The notes under the pieces: generated by a model
Told to the model about the DNA's origin: nothing
What the model saw: only the letters and a program-made list of their open reading frames with translations
The model's database searches: none
Shown here: in pieces, positions 1-11,779 of the stretch
Layout of the letters: each line of letters starts with the position of its first letter
Numbering within the stretch: the stretch's first letter is position 1
Assembly: GCF_964204645.1 (NCBI RefSeq)
Contig: NC_134036.1
Coordinates: 806,001 to 870,000 of the forward strand
Reading direction: 5' to 3'
Length of the DNA stretch: 64,000 nt
Source: Tubulanus polymorphus
Taxonomy: Eukaryota > Animalia > Nemertea
Position numbers and translations under genes: made by a program

Positions 1-353
1 AACAGGAGTGAAGTGATAAAGATATAAAATTGAAATGGGATAGGTAGAGAGAGGGTGAGGATGGAGGGAGATGAAGGGAGTGAGAAGGGAAGAGAGAAAA
101 ACAAAGATTGAAAGAGGGATAGAAAGATAGGGAAAGTAGTAGATAAAGTTAGAGCAGAGACGGGGATAGTTGAGGGCGAAGAGATGGGCAGAGAGTAAGG
201 AGAGTTGAGAAGAGAGAGAGAAGAGAGAGAGAGGAGACAGAGTGCAAGACTGAAGCAAGCAGTCCAGTCATACACACACACCACTACATACATAAATAAC
301 GGAAGCTATAACAACAATAACAACAGCTAGATGGCGCTCTATGCATCGCCTAC

Positions 354-3300
354 TTCTTCAACATTTTCCTCCTCTAAGTCTTCGAGTTTGATACGTTTTT
401 GAAGCGGTTCATCGTCGTGTAACTCTTCTGAAATCGAAACAAAACATCGAGTTATTGGTGGCAAAAGATGAAGCTAATTTGAGTAGAATACTGATAAATC
501 TGATATTTGAGTGGTGCCATCTAGTGGGTTCACCAGGCGATTCAAATATTACCGGTATCTAAATGCGTCTGCGGGTCGACGTGCACGTCTGCTGCAACCG
601 TCATCAACATCTGCTGATGGTCTCCATCTTCACCGGTTACTATTGTGATCATACTCTGAAATCAAACAAAACCATGAAATATTTTTTTCTAAATTTTTTT
701 TGAGATATCGAAAATAAACTGAATACTATCGGAGATATATCGAATCACCACTTACGGGATCTAAAACGTTCTCTTCACTTTCCTCTACGATTTCCTCTTC
801 TTCCTCTTCGTCGTGTTCCCTTTTTATGCCTTTGTTCTTCACGAAATTCAGCGCCAATTTTCCAGCTTCTGCAAAAACAAACACTTTAATTTAGGCTAAA
901 ATACAAATGATATCTTGTTTCCCCTGATCGACCGGGGGTCATTTTTGTGAAATTTGCAATCAGTTCATTTCTATTACTGCTGGGTTTGTAATTGTTACCC
1001 TGATCATGATTTATAAAAGGTAATGTACAGGGTAGATGGCGGCCGGCTGTGTCCACTAAAAGGCTCATCAGAAATGAGAGAAGCAAGGTATCGATTTCTT
1101 TAGCCTTACTAGTCAAACGCTTGCATTGGATATAAGAGGTCACATGACTGAAGTCGTCCCATTTTAACCGGCTCCATTCTCAAACGACGCCGCAACTTAC
1201 CGGTCAAGGTCAAAGTGCTGCCACCTTCCAGAGCAGACGTGATCAGGGCTCCGTCGTCGGTAACCATAGTGATACCGTGTTCCTGCAGCCAATTCAACGC
1301 CTCCGACGCATTTACACCTGATGATATAAAACATTATCGGTAAACCAACAATGAAAACAGTTGATGAATTCAAACTAAAAGGCAACAGTTTTGAGAAAAT
1401 ACAATCGAGGACCAGCTGCGGCAAGCACCTTAAAAAAAAAACCCAATAACTTTTTCAACTAATCTAACTTCCGACGAAAATGCCTGGTAAATTTGATTCG
1501 ATATATCTAAATCTCGCGATAATCTCTCATAATCAAAAACACGTCGATGAATATCTAAATCTCGAGAATATTGCGACAAAATCCGAGTCTTATTATCATC
1601 AACGGTTTCGATATTGCGACATTTTATTAAAAGACGATCATTAAGATAAAACTCGAGATTACCTTAACTATCAACATTTTAATAAACGGCACAACATCAA
1701 AACAAACGGTTATATTATACAAGATAAACCACTGATCTAAGGATCGACGTTAACCCAGGTGTTTAATGAAAAAACATTGACTAAATATTAGAAAAACAGA
1801 CAAGATTTATGGATTGAAAAAGATATATAAACTGCAAGATTTCACCAGTCTCACTACCTCTGAGAAGAGACTGCTAAGCTCGTTCTGCTAATTCTTACAC
1901 CAGTGAACAGGAAAAACAGTAAGTTGATTTTATAATCTCGTTCTCAATTTCAGATACTTCAACTTTACCGCAGTAAGAGACAGAGTCTACTGTATTTCAC
2001 AAACTCTTACTCAGTATTTGACACCAACTAGGGGTAGAATTTTACCGGTCTCAACTTTACCGCAGTAAGAGACAGAGTCTACTGTATTTCACAAACTCTT
2101 ACTCAGTATTTGACACCAACTCGGGGTAGAATTTTACTTACAAGGTCTTTTCGCATTTTTCTTTTCAGACCAAATTCATCATGAAGTATTTGATGTTGAT
2201 CGCTTTAATCGCCAGCGTGGTCGTCATGACGATGTGCGCCCAGGAGGAAGGACAGTTAGGTGCCGATATGAAGCGAGGCAACAGGTACTGGAGATTGCCG
2301 TTTGACAAACGGGTCGCTCTCGATATTGATTGGGTTGTGTATCGCCTTGGCAAAACACATGATATCGAAAATTTGGCCAAAGTGGATCCGGTGAAAGAAG
2401 CGCTTACCAAGTTGAAGACCAAGGTCGACGCACTACTGGCCTAGATGGCAATTATATTCTGAAATAATTCATTGAAAATTTTTCAAAGAAAATCAATTCT
2501 TATAATTCTAAATTCTAAAACAAATCTATACTCTTTTGTCGCTATGACAATTGTACTCATTTTTGGCGTTAATTTCAAATAAATTTTTTCGTTGTCTTCG
2601 AATTCCTGTTTTTGGGTTGTTTTTACAAGTGGCAGATTTGAAAAGATCGTCGAGTTCACTGATTCTCAACAAGGTGAATCAGCTACAGCAGTCCTAACGC
2701 TACCGAGTTCCCTGATTCTCAACTCGGTGAAATAGTCTCAACACGCTACTGAGTTCCCTGATTCTCAACTTGGTGAGATATTTACAGCAGTCCTAACGCT
2801 ACCGAGTTCCCTGGGCCAGGTTTTATAGACTGGTGTCATCTTAAACCCCGGGGTTAACTCGAATGAAAATGTCCCTAAGTTAGCCCCCTAATAATAGTTG
2901 AAATACGAGTCTGGGCCCTGATTTTTATCTCATCCATTCACGGTAAACTCCATGAAAATTTCTGGAAGGCCCTGGGGGCCTGTAGTGAATATTTCATTGT
3001 CTGAAGAAAAAAGACATCGACATGGAATAAATGACATTCTCCAAAAACGCTGAAGAACCACAATTCCCTATCAAGACAGCTAAAACGCATAGCTAGATTG
3101 CATTGCGTTAGAATGCATGGCACAGGGTCTATTAAGCCTAGCGCACATCGACAAAGAGACTGGAGACAACTAGTTGCTAGTGAGCGAGTACCCCGCGCAC
3201 ATTGAAAATTTAGTAAAAACCAGCAACTGCGTGGCTCATGCCGGTCGCTAGGTCCATAGCGCACACATCGACAGCAACTGAGATGTGGTTTAGCAAATAT

Positions 3301-6300
3301 TCCTGAGGGCATCACAAGTCACGTGACAAATAGCTTTGTTTTAGTCAGTTACAACAATGTGTTGTTGATTATGGAGCGCTCACATCGACGGATATGAGAG
3401 CAACTGAGTACAACTAGTTGCTCAAAAGTAGAACATGAGCAACTGGGTGGAACTGGAGATAGATGGACGCTAACCAGTCGTAAGCTCGCTCACATCGACA
3501 CATTCGAGCAACTGATTGTATCCAGCCAGTTGCTCTCATGCGCCGAAAACTACCTGGCAACTAGTTGTCTCCAATCGCAGTGTCGATGTGCGCTAGGCTT
3601 TAGGACACATTCTATACGGACAGAGTTGGATTAAGGAGGTGGTCTCAGGGGTCCAGATCCCAACCTACAAATTTGACCATCACTCTCTAGGAAATTACAT
3701 CAGATGGATAACTACATGTAACACCGAAAATGGGCTTCCTCCTCTAGTGCTCATTGACATGGATGCTTTTTCCCAGAAATGCCTCTTCCTTTCTTCTGGA
3801 CCTCAGCCTTCCAATTCTCCTCAATCTGCCTCTGAACCATACCATCGCAACCAAGGATAAGTAGAGAACAACATGATTTCATAAATTACCTGTGCAGTTT
3901 TCGCTCATTTTTTGTTATGATTATCAAAATCAGACCTGAATCATATAGAAATTCCAATATATTGTTGGAGAATTTTGGGACAGAAAATTTATAATGTTTA
4001 TTGCAGCTGTAAAGAAGGGCACCATGAGTTTGAATCCTGGTGGCGAGGGGCGCCATGAGTTTGAATCCTGGTGGCGAGGGGCGCCATGGGTTTGAATCCT
4101 GGTGGCGAGGGGCGCCATGGGTTTGAATCCTGGTGGCGAGGGGCGCCATGGGTTTGAATCCTGGTGGCGAGGGGCGCCATGGGTTTGAATCCTGGTGGCG
4201 AGGGGCGCCATGGGTTTGAATCTTGGTGGCAAGGGGTGCCATGAGTTTGAATCCTGGTGGTGAGGGGCGCCATGGGTTTGAATCTTGGTGGCGAGGGGTG
4301 CCATGAGTTGGAATCCTGGTGGCGACAAAGTTTCTTGGTCAATAGTTCTTCATTGGTCTCTACCCAAATGGGAAAATAAACCCCAAACCTGCGAATATTA
4401 CCGTGTATGCCACTCAGTGGGTTGAAGGTATTGAAAAAAGTGCAACCAAAAATGACGGTGAAAGGTATGTAAATAAAAGATCCTTAATATTGATGCCTAA
4501 TATAACTAACTGTTCCAGGATCCATAAAAATCTGTCATTCCTGGATATAACGAGTTTTCAAGGAGTTTTAAAGGAGAAAATTTCAAATTTCAAGGAAGTG
4601 TCAGCATCAGTTTCATATCCAAATTACTGTAGATTCCTCCTAAATCGATACCGTGTAGGGCGATTTTGTAAAAAAATTTCTATCCACGAGGAAATCCTTA
4701 AGGTGCAGCTTCGAATCAATGCACGCAGCCAAAATCAGGGGCTGCAGTTGCTCAAAAGTTGTTTAGAGTTAACCAGTGGATAGTGACAATCAAATGTTCA
4801 TTGTTACTATGGTATTTATTAACTGGTTATCATTAACCAACTTTTCAGCAACTGCTGCCCCCCCCCCCCCGGACGTTTAACGATATAGTACTGACTCGTC
4901 TCATTTTATTTATTCTACACCCTGTTAACGCTAGGCTAATGAAAGTTATAAGACAATGGGCATCTGGCTCTGACTTTTAAACCGTAGCACCACCGGTCTG
5001 TCGATATCGATCTGTCGTTTGTACGTGTTGACATAAAAAGCCATTTTACGCAGCAATAAAGATATTTTGAATTGAATCGAACATAACCGAGTACCAGCTG
5101 TGGCAAGCGAGCGTAGATTAAAATCACCAATAACTCTTTCAACTAATCTAACTTCTGGCGAAAAAGTTTCATATCATAAAATGTGTGAAAAACTTTTATA
5201 AAACGACATCTCGGACGATATGAAAATATCGCGATAATCTCATAAACGACATCGAGCTGAAAACATGTCGTAAATCTGAGATATCTAAACCGAAAAAAAT
5301 ATTGCGATAAGAACACGATAAAAATCTACTGTTTTATTATCAGGTTTATATCGATCTAATAAACCGCATAACATCAAACAAATACCGTAGATAAATTATG
5401 CAAGATAAAACCCACTAATCAGAGGATCAACGCGACCCGCACGTGTTTAATGAAAAACATCCGTGAAATATTAGATGAAATTACCGAATTTTACGAGCTT
5501 GATTTATGCATTTGAAAGTGAATATAAACTGCAAGATTTCACCAGTCTCAGTACCTCTGAGAAGAGACTGCTACTCGTTCTGCTAATTCTTACACCAGTG
5601 AACAGGAAAAACAGTAAGTTGATTTTATAATCTCGTTCTCAATTTCAGATACTTCAACTTTACCGCAGTAAGAGACAGAGTCTACTGTATTTCACAAACT
5701 CTTACTCAGTATTTGACACCAACTCGCAGTAGAATTTTACCGGTCTCAACTTTACCGCAGTAAGAGACAGAGTCTACTGTATTTCACAAACTCTTACTCA
5801 GTATTTGACACCAACTCGGGGTAGAATTTTACCGGTCTCAACTTTACCGCAGTAAGAGATAGAGTCTACTGTATTTCACAAACTCTTACTCAGTATTTGA
5901 CACCAACTCGGGGTAGAATTTTACCAGTCTCAACTTTACCGCAGTAAGAGACAGGGTCTACTGTATCTTACAAACTCTTACTCAGTATTTGACACCAACT
6001 CGGGGTAGAATTTTACCGGTCTCAACTTAACCGCAGTAAGAGACAGAGTCTACTGTATTTCACAAACTCTTACTCAGTATTTGACACCAACTCGGGGTAG
6101 AATTTTACCGGTCTCAACTTTACCGCAGTAAGAGACAGAGTCTACTGTATTTCACAAACTCTTACTCAGTATTTGACACCAACTCGGGGTAGAATTATAC
6201 CGGTCTCAACTTTACCGCAGTAAGAGACAGAGTCTACTGTATTTCACAAACTCTTACTCAGTATTTGACACCAACTCGGGGTAGAATTTTACCGGTCTCA

Positions 6301-9300
6301 ACTTTACCGCAGTAAGAGACAGAGTCTACTGTATTTCACAAACTCTTACTCAGTATTTGACACCAACTCGGGGTAGAATTTTACCGGTCTCAACTTTACC
6401 GCAGTAAGAGATAGAGTCTACTGTATTTCACAAACTCTTACTCAGTATTTGACACCAACTCGGGGTAGAATTTTACCAGTCTCAACTTTACCGCAGTAAG
6501 AGACAGGGTCTACTGTATCTTACAAACTCTTACTCAGTATTTGACACCAACTCGGGGTAGAATTTTACCGGTCTCAACTTAACCGCAGTAAGAGACAGAG
6601 TCTACTGTATTTCACAAACTCTTACTCAGTATTTGACACCAACTCGGGGTAGAATTTTACCGGTCTCAACTTTACCGCAGTAAGAGACAGAGTCTACTGT
6701 ATTTCACAAACTCTTACTCGGTATTTGACACCAACTCGGGGTAAAATTTTACAAGGTCTTTTCGCATTTTTTTTTTCAGAACCGAAATCATCATGAAATA
6801 TTTGATGTTGATCGCTTTAATCGCGAGTATGGTAATCATGGCGACGTGTACCGCCGAGGAGGATGATACCAGGGTGAGGAGACACTGGGGTTGGCACATG
6901 AGCGGCGAAGAATGGGCCGCCTGGTACATCAAAGCTTATACAAATTACATCAAACGCATGTACAACATCGCAGACTACGCTAAACGCGATCCAGTCAAAC
7001 AAGCTCTTACCGATATGAAAACAATGATCGAAGGCTTACTGGCATAAACCGAGCTTAACGAATTTTCAACATTTTTTCTCATTCGCAAATTTGAGTGAAA
7101 TCATTTTCTTCTTTTGTTGAAAAATCTAGAAAAATTAATCTTTCCTCTTTAATGTTAACTATGACAAATTTTCGGCAGCAATCAACACGAGGAATAAAAG
7201 ACTTTGCTTCCCTTCATCTGAACCAATTCTCATCGTGTTTTTAAAGGGTTTTTTCTTCGATCGCAGTCGGTAAAGAAAGTTTCGATTTTAACCGATTGTC
7301 AACTCGGTGAAATATTCACCGATCGTCCACAATATCCACAAAAGGCGCAGGTTATAAACTGGGTGGAAGGATTTCAAATGAAACTACTCTGAAGATGGGT
7401 GGAAGGATTCCACCCGAAACAACTCTGAAGGTGGGCGGAAGGATTCCACCTGAAACAAACTCTGAAGGTGGGTGGAAGGATTCCACCTGAAACAACTCTG
7501 AAGATGGGTGGAAGGATTCCACCAGGAACGTAAGGAAAGAAACAAGAACAGTTATTTAAATTGATACTGTGGATTTCTCTCAATGAATTTTCATCATGAC
7601 TTGAAATAGTCTCAACTATTTACAACCATGAAGGTTTAACACTGAATTGTTGGAATGGTTCCAGTTGGGGGAGGGGGAGCCAGAGTTGGGGGGTAGGGTG
7701 TAGGGGGGATAGTTTACTAACCTGTAGGTAATGAAGCCGTATCGAGGGGTGCTGTAGCCTCAGCTAACGCAGCCAGAGTTGCTAACACAGACGTGCTATT
7801 CTGTTCGGAGAGCTGCGATGATGAAGCTGCTTCAAACAAAAAACAAAAAACAAAACAATTTATTCCCACATCTTAAAATCCATAGAAGAACAAACAGTTT
7901 TATTTTTCATATCATGTTGAAATCGAACCCGGCCTGTGTGTGTTCTGGGTTGTTGCCACGTTATTATGTAATCTTCTGGGGCCAGTTGCTCAAAGGATGG
8001 TTAAAGAGAACTGGTGGATAAATACCATAGCAACAATGAACTTTAGATTGTCACTATGTCAACTATCCACTGGTTAACTCTAACCAACTTTTGAGCAACT
8101 GCAGCCCCAGCTATTTTAAGCACCACTATTGAGCTGTGTCTGTAAACCTATATCTTAACGTACCGGGGTCAGTTGCTGAAAAGTTGGTTAAAGATAACCG
8201 GCCGTTAAATTCCGTAGTAACAATGAACTTTAGATTGTCACTATGTCAACTATCCACCGGCTAACTCTAACCAACCTTTGAGCAACTGCAGCCTCTGTAG
8301 TTTTACATCATTTGAGACTTGTCTTGAGAAGGGGCATATCTCAACCAGAGAACGTTTGACTTTCAACATGATATGAAAATGAAACTGTTTGTTCTTCAAT
8401 CGATTTTCAATTATTTGAAGGAGTTTTTAAGGAATCAAGCAGTCGTATGGACCCTGTAAACATCCTCAAAATTATTCAATTCAAAGTTAAACCAAAAAAG
8501 TATCAAGGAGTTTAGCCCTGCGCATGCAAGAGATAAGTCCAAAACAAAGTCCGACCACTTTTTTCCGTTTACTCACTACTCACCGGATGCGGACGTTTTT
8601 TGCGATTTAGTCTTCGTCACGCGTCTGATGGCTGGAATGGCCGCCGCAGCCGAAGCCGAGACCGTCAATCCGTCACCGAGGTTTATTGTTTCCGTGGTAA
8701 CCTCGTTCATCACGTCGTCGACGGTTTCGAGGCTGGTGATCGCAGTAATCGGGTCATGCGACTGCTGCGGAATAAACAAGCGTCGTTATAGAAACATGTC
8801 TCACAACTATGAGACTGGGTCGCGAGTTTCCCTGATTACAGCAAATTCCCCCTGAGTGAATCAGAAAAATTTCGAGGTTTAAAATGTTACAATTCATTAA
8901 TTTTTCATTGAATCGCGTATTGATAAAGAAACAATAGTGGTCAATAGCATTATCAGAATTCCGTGAGTTTTTACAGGTATTTGGTAAAACGTGTACGATT
9001 CCCAAAAATCCCCGATCATTTCTAGATTTTTCTGATTCCCCGACTTTTCCACGTTTACTAGGTCAGTGGCGCCACCGTCTGTGATTACCTTTACCTTGGT
9101 CGGCATGGCTTCGAGAGATTCAGCGATATCGATGCGTTGATTGTTGATGGCTATTTGATACGCGTTACGGTCAAACTGTAACGAGAAATCGAAATATACT
9201 TCAAAATCCGCTATTGAAGAATTACCCATGATTTTGAAGTCAAAACTTTCTAAATAGATTTGAAAAGTGAAATGCCCAAAATTTTGAAAACTGAAATTCC

Positions 9301-11486
9301 AAAAGTTTTTAAAAAAGTTAAATTCCCTAAATCCTCAAACATCAAAAACTTTAGACGAGAAGATACACAATATCCGTGTACGATGATGACGAGAGAAATC
9401 CCACGATAACGAAGCCAAGATTGAAAAATTCTATATCAGAATGATTATATTTGAGGAGCGACGTTTCGGCTAACAACTGTTAGCCATCATCAGGCGTACT
9501 GTCAAAAATTTTGTCCTAAACAGACGAAAATGTTATTGTACACAGGGAACCGGTTCTACAGCTGTGAGTTAAGAGTTAACTCTTGAGTTTAAGCTCATTT
9601 TCAATGAGTTAACTCAAATCCTACCTCAGAACTGTGGAACTGGACCTGGATGACTCACTGGATCCACAGTTCCACAGTTCTGATGAGTTAAAACATTGAA
9701 AATGAGCCGATTTTAACTGAAGAATCAACCCGAACTCACAACTGCGGAACCGGGCGGGTCCTGCTGGAGATCTGATGATGTGAATGAAGCGTTACCTTGT
9801 CTTCGATGGTTTGATCGGCCCCGTGATTAACGAGCACTTTAACGCAATCGTCGTGTCCACGTTCAACAGCCCAGTGTAACGGTGACATCTTCAACTATAT
9901 TCACACAACAAACAAACAAACAAAAATAAATAGGCCTATAGTCATCACCTGATTTAGTCGTCACAATAACATCAGCTCAATTTGAGTCGAGATGTTTGTT
10001 TTAACAAATCAACAATTTTAGTGTTTTTCTCAATGTTTTGCGTTTCACTGAGAATTGTATTTTTAATTTCTTTAAATCTTCTCAAGTAAAGTGTGTAGAT
10101 AATTTGCCGTATGATGAAAATAAATTATCATTATTAGTTCGTATTCATAATTAAATTTACAATTTTTTACTAAGTGTTAAGTCATCATTTGGATAACTCG
10201 TCACGTTACGAAAGTCATCTTCTTTATTTTTGATTCTCAATTTGTATTTTCGATTCAATTTACGAAGTTAAAGTCATCAAGTCATAGATATATAAATGAT
10301 CGTCTCAACTAAAATCACTGCAGCAAATAAGACATCACTAAAACACGTACCATATCCCTGGCGTCGGCGTCCGCTCCGTGTTTTAGTAGTAGATCTACGA
10401 TAGCCGCGTGACCCTCCTGACAGGCGACATGCAGCGGAGTGCGATCGACCTTGGTGCGGGCGTCGCGACTGATTCCGGCGCGGAGTAACACCTCCGCGGT
10501 CGGAATGTGACCTTGATTAGCGGCATAGTGCAGCGGAGACGTACCCAACTAGAATAAAACATTCAACGAAAAGAATCTTTCAACATTTTTCTAGGATGCA
10601 ATTTTCAAATGTTCATTAAAAGGGTTAACTCGTGTTTAAAATCGTTACAATTTAGGGCCTACTGTAAATGATCCAGTTCTACTTTCTGAGTTTAGATTTT
10701 ACTTTGGAGTTTGCTTATTCAAAATAAACTGATATTGAGTTACTGACAACTGTGGAACTGGATCCTGAGTTCAGAGTTAACTGACCCTAATTAACAACTG
10801 TGGAACTGGATCCTAAGTTCACAGTTCTCTAACTCACAACTGTGGAACTGGATCCTGAGTTCAGAGTTAACTGACCCTAATTAACAACTGTGGAACTGGA
10901 TCCTAAGTTCACAGTTCTCTAACTCACAACTGTGGAACTGGATCCTAAGTTCACAGTTCTCTAACTCACAACTGTGGAACTGGATCCTGAGTTCAGAGTT
11001 AATTGACCCTTATTAACAACAGTGGAACTGGATCCAAAGTTCACAGTTCTATAACTCACTAGTTAACTTATTCACAACTGTAGAACTGGATCCTGAGTTC
11101 ACAGTTCTCTAACTCTACTCTCTAACAAGACTCTAACCCACAACTGTGGATCTGGATCCTGAGTTCAGAGTTAATTGACCCTTATTTACAACTGTGGAAC
11201 TGGATCCTGAGTTCACAGTTCTCTAACTCTATTCTCTAACAAGACTCTAACTCACAACTGTGGAACTGGATCCTGAGTTCAGAGTTTACTGACTCTTAAC
11301 TCACAACTGCGGAACTGGATCCTGACTTCAGAGTCCTAGAGCTGGGAAAAGAGAAGACCTCACCAGTAAAATACTAACCCAGTCGGTAGTAAAGGGGGCG
11401 CCGTTAGCCATCAGTACGCGAACCTCATCGACATCTCCGGCTCGCGACGCGTGTAATAATCGTTTACCCAGATCGACCAGAGACAT
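354..11486 (-). CDS. GABPB: GA-binding protein beta subunit (ankyrin repeats), 3' end outside window; coding exons 11486-11379, 10548-10351, 9894-9796, 9175-~9095, 8764-8584, 1317-1201, 868-756, 655-553, 427-354
   Basis: N-terminus [50 protein letters not shown]...[13 protein letters not shown]...[11 protein letters not shown] matches the GABP-beta ankyrin region; all exons have GT-AG boundaries with consistent phases; one donor is ambiguous (9095 vs 9089). Confidence 0.93.
894..1105. mobile_element. MITE, PIF/Harbinger-type (TTA target duplication)
   Basis: Imperfect TIRs GGCTAAA..TGATATCTTGTTTC / GAAGCAAGGTATCG..TTTAGCC flanked by TTA on both sides; related copy at 15088-15305. Confidence 0.7.
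1826..2168 (+). promoter_or_regulatory. TATA box, non-coding exon 1 and 5'UTR intron of nested peptide gene 1
   Basis: TATAAA 1826-1831, donor GTAAGT at 1919, polypyrimidine tract plus CAG ending 2168 just before the ATG; same layout at gene 2; intron holds 2 copies of the 92-bp repeat. Confidence 0.7.
2181..2444 (+). CDS. Secreted prepropeptide 1 (87 aa: signal peptide, acidic propeptide ending KR, ~55-aa Cys-free mature peptide)
   Basis: Hydrophobic N-terminus [20 protein letters not shown], then [12 protein letters not shown]; C-terminal amphipathic helix [19 protein letters not shown]; AATAAA 2578-2583; paralog at 6793. Confidence 0.85.
   Translation: MKYLMLIALIASVVVMTMCAQEEGQLGADMKRGNRYWRLPFDKRVALDIDWVVYRLGKTHDIENLAKVDPVKEALTKLKTKVDALLA
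2648..2812. repeat. Degenerate tandem repeat, core CCGAGTTCCCTGATTCTCAAC, ~4 copies
   Basis: Core recurs at ~2651, 2703, 2749 and (partial) 2802. Confidence 0.6.
3135..3599. mobile_element. Non-autonomous DNA transposon (PIF/Harbinger-type), 465 bp
   Basis: ~45-bp imperfect TIRs AGCCTAGCGCACATCGAC...GTCGATGTGCGCTAGGCT, TTA on both flanks, internal CACATCGAC repeats. Confidence 0.8.
4018..4325. repeat. 31-bp minisatellite x10 (CCATGGGTTTGAATCCTGGTGGCGAGGGGCG)
   Basis: Period 31 from 4022 to 4301; explains the three overlapping minus-strand ORFs. Confidence 0.95.
4739..4860. mobile_element. Palindromic MITE family A (TIR CAGTTGCTCAAAAGTTG)
   Basis: Other copies at 7978-8108, 8166-8294, ~41098, ~42045, 55328-55547, ~58320. 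Confidence 0.75.
5523..5619 (+). promoter_or_regulatory. TATA box and non-coding exon 1 of nested peptide gene 2
   Basis: TATAAA 5523-5528, donor at 5614, acceptor at 6779; nearly identical to 1826-1924. Confidence 0.7.
5653..6752. repeat. 92-bp minisatellite x12 in the 5'UTR intron of peptide gene 2
   Basis: Period 92 (5741, 5833, ...); same unit present twice at ~1958-2137. Confidence 0.95.
6793..7047 (+). CDS. Secreted prepropeptide 2 (84 aa: signal peptide, acidic propeptide ending RVRR, ~54-aa Cys-free Trp/Tyr-rich mature peptide)
   Basis: [30 protein letters not shown] furin-type site, C-terminal [19 protein letters not shown]; AATAAA 7193-7198. Confidence 0.85.
   Translation: MKYLMLIALIASMVIMATCTAEEDDTRVRRHWGWHMSGEEWAAWYIKAYTNYIKRMYNIADYAKRDPVKQALTDMKTMIEGLLA
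7360..7525. repeat. ~36-bp minisatellite x5 with internal hairpin GGTGGAA-GGA-TTCCACC
   Basis: Core at 7361, 7397, 7433, 7470, 7506. Confidence 0.85.
7978..8294. mobile_element. Two adjacent copies of MITE family A
   Basis: 7978-8108 and 8166-8294 share TIRs and the core CAATGAACTTTAGATTGTCACTATGTCAACTATCCAC. Confidence 0.8.
9364..9496 (-). mobile_element. Penelope-like terminal fragment with minimal hammerhead-ribozyme motif
   Basis: Minus strand reads CTGATGA-t-GGCTAAC agtt GTTAGCC-GAAA-CGTC; tail GTGGGATTTCTCTCGTCATC..ACACGGATATTGTGT resembles 15614-15660. Confidence 0.6.
9546..9752. mobile_element. Two copies of MITE family B (TIR GGATCCAGTTCCACAGTT)
   Basis: Same family at 19937-20046, ~22979-23069, 58201-58311. 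Confidence 0.7.
10745..11325. repeat. Tandem array of the MITE-B terminus (ACAACTGTGGAACTGGATCCT..GTTCA)
   Basis: About 13 copies with variable 36-55 bp spacing in a GABPB intron. Confidence 0.85.
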
Positions 11487-11779
11487 TTTCAGCACCAGCT
11501 TCTCTCTGTCTCTCTGAAAACACATCACACAAACATTGAGTCTCTATCAAATATTCAAACTGCTAACAATCTTCACATCACTAGAAATTATTTACAAATT
11601 GTTAAAAGGCATAAACTTGATTTACATCACACAAAAACTGAGTCTATTTCCATCGGTTTTTAAAGAGAACCGCCTACAATCCGCAGTAGGCCTATATGGT
11701 GTAAATAACCTGGTAGTAAAATTTGGCCAGTTTACGAGCCCCTTTGCCGTGGTAGGAATTGAGCTTAAAGGCATTGGAT

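Noticed and set aside
3886-4342. Three overlapping 114-132 aa minus-strand ORFs
   Set aside because: All are read-throughs of the stop-free 31-bp minisatellite.
5653-6752. CRISPR-like appearance of the regular 92-bp (and 39-, 31-, 28-bp) arrays
   Set aside because: Units are contiguous and near-identical with no unique spacers; no cas genes; eukaryotic intronic context.
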